A stretch of 64,000 nt of DNA from Parcubacteria group bacterium Greene0416_36 (GTDB lineage Bacteria; Patescibacteriota; Patescibacteriia; VMEV01). This document shows positions 36,941 through 45,021 of the stretch, piece by piece. The notes below the pieces were generated by a model. The model was not told the origin of the DNA and did not search any database. It was given only the letters and a program-made list of their open reading frames with translations. Position 1 is the first letter of the stretch, and each line of letters starts with the position of its first letter. A program made the position numbers and the translations under genes. Where the stretch lies: the NCBI GenBank assembly GCA_007375725.1, contig VMEV01000003.1, positions 50-64,049 on the forward strand, in the 5' to 3' direction.

Positions 36941-38311
36941 TTATTGTTCAATGTTTTTAAAATCGAGCAGCAAAGGAGTGCCGAAGAATTCGTTTTCTTC
37001 GCGGATTTTCTTCATGATGATATTATTGATGGCTTTGGGGATTTCTTCTTTTTTGTCCGTGGTGAGTTCGAAGGTCGGGGGATTGGTTTGGGTCTGCCGG
37101 ATGCCGTAGATATAGGGGATTAGAGAATCTTTTTTGCGGATACCGTGTTTGGCTTTGATTCTGCCGACAATATCGTCCAGTATTTCTTGCGGCACAGTTC
37201 GGTTGCGTTCGCTATGGATTCGCAGAGCCATGTCCATGATTTGATCCACTTTTTCTCCGGACTGTGCGGATAAGAAGATCACCGGAGCCCACGGGATCGA
37301 GTCAAAATAACTGCGGATTATTTTCATATAATCATTGACCGTGTCGAGCGTTTTGTCTGGAATTTTGTCCCATTTGTTTACCAAGATGACAACCGAATTA
37401 TAAAGGGTGCGGTATTGTCCCAATATTTTTTGATCTTGATGGTCGATGGGAAGTGAAGCATCGATCATGAAAAATACAATTTCAGCACGCTCAACGGTAT
37501 CGAGCGTTTTGATAACGCTTTGTTTTTCAATAGAATCGCCTTTGTATTTATATTTTCTGCGTATTCCGGCAGTATCCAAAATTTTTATCGTTTTTCCGCT
37601 GTAGCTCACCAAAGTATCTTGGGGTTCGCGGGTGGTGTGTGGGATCTCGCTGACTATAACTCTCGAATACCCCAAAAGAGAATTGAGTAGAGTCGATTTT
37701 CCAACATTGGGTTTGCCGAGAATGGCGATGGTAAAATCCGGTTTGGGCAGTACCGAGTGTTTTTGTCCCAACTTGGATAAAATTTCGACCAGATCTGAGA
37801 GCATTTCTGCGCTTCCGGTTCCATTTCGGGCGGATACGGCAAAGGTGTGGTTTCCTCCCAGACTATAAAAACTAGCCAATTCTTTTTTCTTTTTCGGGCT
37901 GTCCGCTTTATTGGCCACGATGAGGAAGGGCTTTCCAAGGCGGCGCAGTTTTTTGACTATTTCATAATCTTCAGGAACCGGGCCGGTGTCAATATCCACT
38001 ACAAATATAAAAACGTCGGTTTTTTTGAAAACCACTTCGATTTGTTTTTGTACATTTTCTTCGATCTCATTTTTATCGGCAAATTTGAGATTTCGTATGC
38101 CGGCGGTATCCACCAGCTGAAATTGATACTGGTCCCAATGGCAGACGTCCACATTGGGATCTCGGGTAGTTCCTGGAATCGGAGAGACTATGGCCTTATC
38201 TTTTTCGACGAGACGGTTAAAAAGCGTGGATTTCCCCACATTAGTGCGGCCAATGATGGAAACTTGGTAGAGATCGTGTTTGAGTTCGATGGGGCGTTTT
38301 AGGGAGTCCAT
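36941..38311 (-). CDS. der: Ribosome biogenesis GTPase Der/EngA
   Basis: Two G domains (GRTNVGKST/DTAG/NKAD; GKPNVGKST/DTAG/NKWD). Confidence 0.96.
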   Translation of the reverse strand: MDSLKRPIELKHDLYQVSIIGRTNVGKSTLFNRLVEKDKAIVSPIPGTTRDPNVDVCHWDQYQFQLVDTAGIRNLKFADKNEIEENVQKQIEVVFKKTDVFIFVVDIDTGPVPEDYEIVKKLRRLGKPFLIVANKADSPKKKKELASFYSLGGNHTFAVSARNGTGSAEMLSDLVEILSKLGQKHSVLPKPDFTIAILGKPNVGKSTLLNSLLGYSRVIVSEIPHTTREPQDTLVSYSGKTIKILDTAGIRRKYKYKGDSIEKQSVIKTLDTVERAEIVFFMIDASLPIDHQDQKILGQYRTLYNSVVILVNKWDKIPDKTLDTVNDYMKIIRSYFDSIPWAPVIFLSAQSGEKVDQIMDMALRIHSERNRTVPQEILDDIVGRIKAKHGIRKKDSLIPYIYGIRQTQTNPPTFELTTDKKEEIPKAINNIIMKKIREENEFFGTPLLLDFKNIEQ

Positions 38312-38314
38312 AAA

Positions 38315-39781
38315 TTATTGATACAGGCGGTCGGCGCCTAAGATGATGACATAATCAGCCTCGGATGAATTAAATTCTTCTGGAATAGCGTCTTTTTTGA
38401 TATTCTTGGAATATTGGGTGAGGGTCTCAATTGAGCGCGGATCATCGGTTTTTCGTGCGTAGATGACCGTTTTCTTGTAATTTTGCGCCCCTGTATTTGA
38501 AATATTCAGGATATTGAACCCCAGAGACCGGAGTTTATCAGCCTCCTGGGCCGCCAGTCCTTCAATAAAGGTGCCATTTAACAACTCAACCGTCCCTATT
38601 CTTTCTAAAGAAAGGGTAGTGGGACTTGCTATACCCTCGGTTAATGCTGGGTTTTCTCTAGCGAGTGATGCGGGAGCCTCAAAACGCCTCTTTGTCTTAT
38701 CAAAAATTTTGTCTTCTTCCAATAGGTTACGCGCGATAAAGCGGAGTTCCTCAAAGTCTCCAGTCCGGGTTCGCAGAGTAAATCCTTCCGCATTATTTTC
38801 ATAGAGCGGTCCATCTGGACCGGCGTCAATGATTTTTTGTGTGATTTCCGGATTGGCGGCTTGGCTTCCCAGAGCGATGGCTCGGTATATTTCACCTAAG
38901 GTCAAATTGGTTTTGACATTGGCTTCCAGAATCCCAATCATTTTTTTGATCAAAAAAGGATTGAGCAAGGTTTTAAAAGAAAGGGCTTTCTCTTTTGCGG
39001 CCAAGATCAGCTGGTGCTGGCGGCGGCTTCGGGCATAGTCTGATCCTTCTACTCCATAGGAGTGGCGTGAGCGGACGTATTTGAGGGCCAGAGCTCCGTC
39101 CATAGAGTTGGGCCCTTTTGGAATGACCAGCCTTTCGTACCGGGATTCGATCGGGAAGGCGTTTTCTCGGCCGGCGATCGGATACATTGGGTCTTCCAAA
39201 CGGTTCGTCACTTCTACATCCAATCCCCCCAAGGCATCAATGGCCTCGGTAAATCCTTTAAAATTCACCAAGGCGTAATAGTGAATGGGAATATCAAGCA
39301 GTTCACTGACGAATTCTGTTGTCTCGTCGAGCGCGGTTTCGGGGTTTTCTTTGTGGGCGAAATAATAAATATGGTTGATTTTTCTCCAAGCATAATCCGG
39401 CAGATACACGAGCAGGTCGCGTGGCAGATTCATGAAGGAAACTTTTTCTTGGGAAGGAGAGTAGCTTCCGACCAGCAGGGTATCGGTCAAATCCGCTCCT
39501 TCATGTTTTTCTCCGCCAATTCCCAAGAGCAGAAAATTGATCCGGTCATTTTCTTCTCCCAACAGAGCACTGGCCCCTCCTTCTTTTTCCGAGCCTTGGA
39601 CCGCTTGAATGAGTTTGGATCCGGTACTTTTGATCCAGGCGGCGAAAGTGTGTTCCGGAGCCGTGGACGAAATACTCCACGAAAAAAATACTACGAGAAT
39701 CAATCCAAATACGAACAGGCCCCCCAATATTTTTTTTGCGCGGGTCGGCAGAATGGATTTTTTCTGATGGATGGGTTGCAT
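38315..39781 (-). CDS. LCP (LytR-CpsA-Psr) family protein with LytR_C domain
   Basis: NFLLLG..LTDT, PRDL, YVRSRH, SDYARSRRQ, VELLNGT..GLA. Confidence 0.92.
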   Translation of the reverse strand: MQPIHQKKSILPTRAKKILGGLFVFGLILVVFFSWSISSTAPEHTFAAWIKSTGSKLIQAVQGSEKEGGASALLGEENDRINFLLLGIGGEKHEGADLTDTLLVGSYSPSQEKVSFMNLPRDLLVYLPDYAWRKINHIYYFAHKENPETALDETTEFVSELLDIPIHYYALVNFKGFTEAIDALGGLDVEVTNRLEDPMYPIAGRENAFPIESRYERLVIPKGPNSMDGALALKYVRSRHSYGVEGSDYARSRRQHQLILAAKEKALSFKTLLNPFLIKKMIGILEANVKTNLTLGEIYRAIALGSQAANPEITQKIIDAGPDGPLYENNAEGFTLRTRTGDFEELRFIARNLLEEDKIFDKTKRRFEAPASLARENPALTEGIASPTTLSLERIGTVELLNGTFIEGLAAQEADKLRSLGFNILNISNTGAQNYKKTVIYARKTDDPRSIETLTQYSKNIKKDAIPEEFNSSEADYVIILGADRLYQ

Positions 39782-39865
39782 AGAGCTTGGTTGGATATTG
39801 CCGAATTATAATATAAAATAGGCCGGTTTGGCAAAACTATTTACGATTCTGTAAAATACAGTATA

Positions 39866-40486
39866 ATGGTTAAAATTTCTATACTTTTTATGAAAAAAAT
39901 GGCTGATGATTCAGAATTTTTCCGTAAGGGCCGATTGAGTGCCGCTTCTTTTTTCGCCTCCGGCATTGAACTGCTCCGCGTGGTGATGATTTCGCTCCTG
40001 ATTATAGTACCGGTGCGGTATTTCCTCATCCAGCCCTTTTATGTCAAGGGAGCTTCCATGGAGCCCAATTTTTTTGATAATGAATATCTCGTCGTGGATG
40101 AAATCAGCTATCGTTTTTCCGAGCCGCAACGAGGGGATATCGTGGTTCTCAAGTATCCCCGGGATATCCGGCAGTATTTCATCAAGCGGATTATCGGCCT
40201 CCCCGGAGAACGAGTGAGGGTGGCGGATGGATTCGTCTACATCAACGGCCTGCAGCTGGGCGAGAGTGCGTATCTGGACAAAAGTGTCCTGACTCACAAA
40301 GAGGATATTTGGGTGCTCAAAGATGACGAATATTTCGTTTTGGGCGATAATCGGATAGCGAGTTTGGATTCTCGTGATTTTGGTCCCATCCGGCGTTCTC
40401 ATATTGTCGGAAAAACTTGGATTCGAGGGTGGCCTCTCCATAAATTAACCGTATTTGAGACTCCGGAGTACAGCAATCAATTTTAA
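39866..40486 (+). CDS. lepB: Signal peptidase I
   Basis: GASMEP, FIKRIIGLPGE, GDNR..SLDSR; true start may be 39890 or 39899. Confidence 0.95.
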   Translation: MVKISILFMKKMADDSEFFRKGRLSAASFFASGIELLRVVMISLLIIVPVRYFLIQPFYVKGASMEPNFFDNEYLVVDEISYRFSEPQRGDIVVLKYPRDIRQYFIKRIIGLPGERVRVADGFVYINGLQLGESAYLDKSVLTHKEDIWVLKDDEYFVLGDNRIASLDSRDFGPIRRSHIVGKTWIRGWPLHKLTVFETPEYSNQF

Positions 40487-40559
40487 ATTAATTTTTTATT
40501 CTGTTTCTTTTTGGAGAGGATCATAATCCAAGAGAAACTTTTTTCTTTTCGAGAAAATT

Positions 40560-41903
40560 ATGCCCAAATATTCAAAAGCAGCCGAGGTCAAAGAGATTAA
40601 GCGGCCTAAGAAAATGATAGAGACGATTCGAGGGATGAAGGATTTGATTCCAGGAGATCAGAAATATTGGGATTATCTGGAAGGGATCGTCACAAAATTT
40701 GCTCACAGTTATTCCTTTCGGAAGGTCCAGACGCCGGTATTGGAAAACCCCCAGCTTTATTCCAAAATTTTCCACAAAAAAGGAAAAGCGGACGACGATT
40801 CTTTTTTGGTGGAAGCGTCAAATGGCGAAAAGTTAGTTTTGCGTCCGGATTTAACCGTTCCCATGGTGCGCAGCTACTTCGAACACGCGCTCGAGCAAAG
40901 CAACTATACGGTCAAACTCTATAGTTCCGGACCTGTTTTCCGACAAGAAGCTAAAGGCCGTTCTGGAGAGTGGCGGTCAGCTCACCAGTTGGCTTGTTAT
41001 ATTTTTGATGAAAAAAATCCTTTGGCCGATGTGCAGGTCATCATGTTCAGTTATCAGGTTCTCCGGGAGGCGGGTTTTTCTGTGACCGTGAGCATCAACA
41101 GCATGGGTTGTTCGGAGTGCCGCGATCAATATAAAGAAGCTTTGCTTTCGTATTATCGAGGCAAGAAAAAATTGCTCTGCCAGGGGTGCCAGGAGAGCAT
41201 GGCCAAAGCCCCTTTGTATGTTTTGGACTGTTCGGAAGACGCCTGCTCAGGACTCAAAAAGGATGCTCCGCAGTCTTTGGACTGGCTCTGCGCCGCTTGC
41301 AAGGATCACTTCATGAAAGTACTCGAATGTCTGGACGAAGTGGGGATCAGCTATGCTCTTAATCCTTATTTGGTCAGCGGCCTGGATATGCATGCCAAGG
41401 TCGTGTTTGAAATCATCGAGAACAGCCAGCTCGAGAATAGTGTGGTCAAGCCTGTTGTCTTGGGGGCCGGCGGCCGTTATGACGAGCTCATCAATAAAAT
41501 GATGGGGGTGGATGTGGCCTTGGTCGGCTTCACCCTGATGATGGAGTCGAGCATCAAACGCATCCGCCAGCTTCAGTTGGAAGTACTGGAGCTCGGCAAC
41601 CCCGATATTTTCGTGGCCCAGCTGGGAGATGTCGCCAAAAAACGTGCCTTGGCTCTTTTTGAGCAATTGCGGCGGGATGGCATTTCGGTATCCGAGAGTT
41701 TCGCCAAAGACAACCTCAAGGCTCAGCTGGAACTAGCCACCCGGTTGGGTGTGAAATTCGCTCTCATTTTGGGCCAGAAGGAAATACTCGATGGCACCAT
41801 TATCATTCGCGATATGGATGGAGGCGTGCAGGAAATTGTGGACTTCAATAAGGTGATACTGGAGATCAAGAAGCGGCTGCGGAAAATGGAATCGGCGAAG
41901 TAG
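40560..41903 (+). CDS. Histidyl-tRNA synthetase-like protein with degenerate active site
   Basis: HisRS architecture (RGMKD, LRP, GPVFR.E, GGRYD, anticodon-binding domain) but catalytic motifs altered. Confidence 0.85.
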   Translation: MPKYSKAAEVKEIKRPKKMIETIRGMKDLIPGDQKYWDYLEGIVTKFAHSYSFRKVQTPVLENPQLYSKIFHKKGKADDDSFLVEASNGEKLVLRPDLTVPMVRSYFEHALEQSNYTVKLYSSGPVFRQEAKGRSGEWRSAHQLACYIFDEKNPLADVQVIMFSYQVLREAGFSVTVSINSMGCSECRDQYKEALLSYYRGKKKLLCQGCQESMAKAPLYVLDCSEDACSGLKKDAPQSLDWLCAACKDHFMKVLECLDEVGISYALNPYLVSGLDMHAKVVFEIIENSQLENSVVKPVVLGAGGRYDELINKMMGVDVALVGFTLMMESSIKRIRQLQLEVLELGNPDIFVAQLGDVAKKRALALFEQLRRDGISVSESFAKDNLKAQLELATRLGVKFALILGQKEILDGTIIIRDMDGGVQEIVDFNKVILEIKKRLRKMESAK

Positions 41904-41914
41904 TGAAGAAAAAG

Positions 41915-41997
41915 CAACAAATCCCTCCCCAACCCTCCCTTTGACAAGGGAGGGGGTAGCAGCCTCCCCCTTGTCAAAGGGGGATTGAGGGGGATTT
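41915..41997. repeat. CAACAAATCCC-family repeat
   Basis: Near-identical to the 7489 copy. Confidence 0.93.
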
Positions 41998-42119
41998 ATT
42001 TATTGGCCCTCTATTTGCTTATTTGTAATAAAATTGTTAATTTATCAAGGTCGAATATCGTGGACATTATATCCGTTCAGTTTTGGATAATTGAACACAA
42101 GAGAAAGGGGGTGTTTTTT

Positions 42120-42356
42120 CTGGTAGAACTCAAGCGAAAAAAAGGGGAAACCTTTGAAAGTTTTCTCCGAAGATTCAACAAAAAATTGATTCATAGCGGG
42201 CAATTGATACAGGCTCGTAAGATTCGTTTTTTTAAGCGACCAGTCAATAAAACCAAGAAAAAGACTTCAGCTTTGCGCCGTCTGGAAATCAATAGGGAAC
42301 GCGAGTATCTGAAAAAAATCGGACGTCTAAAGGAAGAAAACACACGCCGCTACTAA
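42120..42356 (+). CDS. rpsU: 30S ribosomal protein S21 (probable CTG start)
   Basis: VELKRKKGETFESFLRRFNKK...ARKIRFF; SD AAAGGGGGTG just upstream of CTG 42120. Confidence 0.85.
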   Translation: MVELKRKKGETFESFLRRFNKKLIHSGQLIQARKIRFFKRPVNKTKKKTSALRRLEINREREYLKKIGRLKEENTRRY

Positions 42357-42384
42357 GATACTCCTTGATTTATCGAAAAAACCC

Positions 42385-42413
42385 TGGACCTAAAAATTTT
42401 ATCTCGATATAAT
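42385..42413 (+). promoter_or_regulatory. Candidate promoter of the surface-protein cluster, embedded in a long inverted repeat
   Basis: TGGACC-17 nt-TATAAT inside the 42375-42460 hairpin. Confidence 0.4.
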
Positions 42414-42498
42414 ATATTTATATTATGGAAGATGAAATTCGGAAGGTCTTGGGTTTTTTCATTATTTATCTTTATAGCCGGCTAATGCTTGTCTAGCT

Positions 42499-44994
42499 AT
42501 GCAAAACAAATATTTTTTGTTCTCTAAATATTTTTTTCGTTCATCAAGGTTCCGGTTTAATTATTTGATTCCGATTGTCACTTTAGTGCTCGGATTTTTT
42601 TTGTTTTTTGAGGCCTCGTTTGTTTTGGCCCAAGGAGATGTATTGGGTGTCGAGCCTCTGGAAGCATCCGGCCTTGCTACGGATTCCGATATCCGCATCG
42701 TGATCGCCAATGTTATTCGTATTATTCTTGGTTTTTTAGGGACCTTGGCTTTAGCGATCGCTCTCTATGGCGGATTCACCTACATGACCGCGGCAGGTGA
42801 TGCTGAAAAAGTGGATCGAGCTAAAAAAATTCTCAAAAATGCACTGATCGGTTTAGCTATTATTTTATCGGCATTTGGTCTCGTTTCATTCTTGATCCGT
42901 GCGCTTTCGGGTGCTTCAATTGGGGACGGTGCGGGCGGAGGACGTTTTGGCGCCGGAGGATTGGGCGCCGACGCCGGGCGGGATGCCATCGAGTCTCATT
43001 ATCCGATTCGCGGGGCGCTTGGCGTTCCCCGCAATACTAAGATTATGGTGACTTTCAAAGAGCGTATTGATATTTCATCGGTCATTAATGATAGCGGGAC
43101 TTCGGACGACCGGCTCGATGATCGTATCACCGATGCGATTGAAATTTCTCCGCTGGAGGGATCAGCGTTATCTCAGAGCGAGGTCAGAGCGGCTTCGACT
43201 TCGGACGGCAAAACCTTTGTTTTTGATCCCATTCCTCTGTTGGGGAATTCTCGAACCAATACCCCCTACAAAGTAACTTTGCGAAGCGGGATACAGAATA
43301 TAAATGGCGATCCTATTTTTGGTAATCTGGGTCTCTATGAGTGGGAGTTCGAAGTCAGTACAGTTGTGGATTTGACCCCTCCCCAAGTGATCAGTGTTAT
43401 TCCTCGCCGAGTGACGCCTCCCGCGGAACCCATCACCTATGCCCGAAATATTGTGGTGCAGGTGACCTTCAATGAACCGATGGATCCTACCTCTTCTTCG
43501 GGTATTGTCACTGTGGATCCCAATGATGATGGACTTTTATCCAATTTCAGCAATATCGAAGTGTTTTCAGAGGACGCGGCAAAGGGACGCCATTATTTCC
43601 CCGGGACTTTTTCTGTTTCCAATCTCTATCAAACCGTGGAATTCATCACCCATGATTTATGCGGCAAGAATTCTTGCGGTCAGGATGTGTTTTGTCTCCC
43701 GGGCAATGCGACTCTGGGGGTAGATGTGAAGGCCGCGACACTCTCGGAAAATCCTCCGGAAGCTTTTGGATTCCCTTATGATGGGGTAGTGGATGCCAGC
43801 GGCAACTCTCTGGACGGCACGGCTGATGGCATTGGTCAAGGTCCGGGACTGGATAATTATTCTTGGGTTTTCAAAACCAATAATACGATTGACCTGACTC
43901 CTCCGGTGATAGAGAAGGTTTCTCCTGGCCTTTTTTCGGTGGAAGTGCCGCTTAAGGCTAAAATTAGCGCGCTCTTCAGTAAGCCTCTCTTGTTTAAAAC
44001 TCTCACCAGCCGCAATGTGATTCTGGACCAAGGATTTTACTGGGTGACCGCGGTGGCCTTGGGGGACACAAAAGCCGAGGTATTCATTGATCATAGCGGG
44101 TTGGAAGACAATACGATTTATAATGTGGAAATGAATTCCGGTATTCTGGACCTTTATCAGAACTGTTTCAAGCCCTGCGTCGGGCCTGAAGCGACAAATC
44201 AAGCGCCCGCCAGAGCCAGAGATGATGCTCGTCGCATTGATTTGACTCTCGTCAAGCAGGCTTTGGAAGAATACAAAAATCGGACCGGGTCCTTTAATAT
44301 TTCTGGAGCTGGCTATAAGGGATCGGGCATGGGACTCCTCACCTTTTCCGATGGAGGCGATTATCCCCGTTCGATCCTTGATTTCCTCATCGAAAATACC
44401 TCGCTCAAAACCAAGGTCAAGAATTTGAGCCAAGCTGGGCTGGATTCCGGATACAGGCTCTACACCTGCGCCAATGACCGGCAGTATTCTTTGTCCGCCA
44501 CCATGGAAGATGCGCGGGCCTTTTCCGATCCTGATTTTGTAGAGGCGGTTTGTATGGGAAGCGGCCCCGAGGGAGTTTCCAGCCGTTACGGCAAAAATTT
44601 TGCCATTAGCTCGTCCAATACCGTGGATGCGCGGGGCGAATTCGCGTCCAGAGACAATATTCGCAAATCTGATTTTTCAGCCATAGAGGAGGCTTTACGC
44701 CGTTACCGCGCGACTAATGGTTCCTTCCCTCTCTCGGCCGGTCTTTGTTCCGGAGTGGACGGCAATTTTGCCGATGCCTTGAAGCCTTTCTTGGCTACCA
44801 TGCCGGGAGACCCCGCTTTTCCTTGGAAAACCACCAAAAATTATGCCTATTTGAATTTTGGCGATACGTACGCCCTCTTGGGAGAGACCGAGGGACTCCA
44901 AAAGGCTCAAGAATTTTTCTTGGATAATTGCGGGGTCGAAAATTCGGGCGTCTATCACTATTGCGTCGGAGATTGCGCCAAAGTGTCTCAATAA
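42499..44994 (+). CDS. Surface protein: VirB2/TrbC-like pilin domain, Big_5-like Ig repeats, two pseudopilin-G-like domains
   Basis: 'IIRIILGFLG..A....YGGF.YMTAAGDAEKVDRAKKILKNALIGL'; 'DLTPPQV...VTFNEPMD'; two 'RD..R..D......ALE.Y' helices. Confidence 0.8.
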   Translation: MQNKYFLFSKYFFRSSRFRFNYLIPIVTLVLGFFLFFEASFVLAQGDVLGVEPLEASGLATDSDIRIVIANVIRIILGFLGTLALAIALYGGFTYMTAAGDAEKVDRAKKILKNALIGLAIILSAFGLVSFLIRALSGASIGDGAGGGRFGAGGLGADAGRDAIESHYPIRGALGVPRNTKIMVTFKERIDISSVINDSGTSDDRLDDRITDAIEISPLEGSALSQSEVRAASTSDGKTFVFDPIPLLGNSRTNTPYKVTLRSGIQNINGDPIFGNLGLYEWEFEVSTVVDLTPPQVISVIPRRVTPPAEPITYARNIVVQVTFNEPMDPTSSSGIVTVDPNDDGLLSNFSNIEVFSEDAAKGRHYFPGTFSVSNLYQTVEFITHDLCGKNSCGQDVFCLPGNATLGVDVKAATLSENPPEAFGFPYDGVVDASGNSLDGTADGIGQGPGLDNYSWVFKTNNTIDLTPPVIEKVSPGLFSVEVPLKAKISALFSKPLLFKTLTSRNVILDQGFYWVTAVALGDTKAEVFIDHSGLEDNTIYNVEMNSGILDLYQNCFKPCVGPEATNQAPARARDDARRIDLTLVKQALEEYKNRTGSFNISGAGYKGSGMGLLTFSDGGDYPRSILDFLIENTSLKTKVKNLSQAGLDSGYRLYTCANDRQYSLSATMEDARAFSDPDFVEAVCMGSGPEGVSSRYGKNFAISSSNTVDARGEFASRDNIRKSDFSAIEEALRRYRATNGSFPLSAGLCSGVDGNFADALKPFLATMPGDPAFPWKTTKNYAYLNFGDTYALLGETEGLQKAQEFFLDNCGVENSGVYHYCVGDCAKVSQ

Positions 44995-45021
44995 AAATAA
45001 AAAAAATGCTACTCCTTTTTT

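Noticed and set aside
40560-41903. Annotation as ordinary hisS or as hisZ
   Set aside because: Catalytic motifs are degenerate (against hisS); anticodon domain retained and no his genes nearby (against hisZ)
6354-41997. CRISPR interpretation of the recurring repeats
   Set aside because: Copies are dispersed, ~87 bp, not regularly spaced, and no cas genes are present
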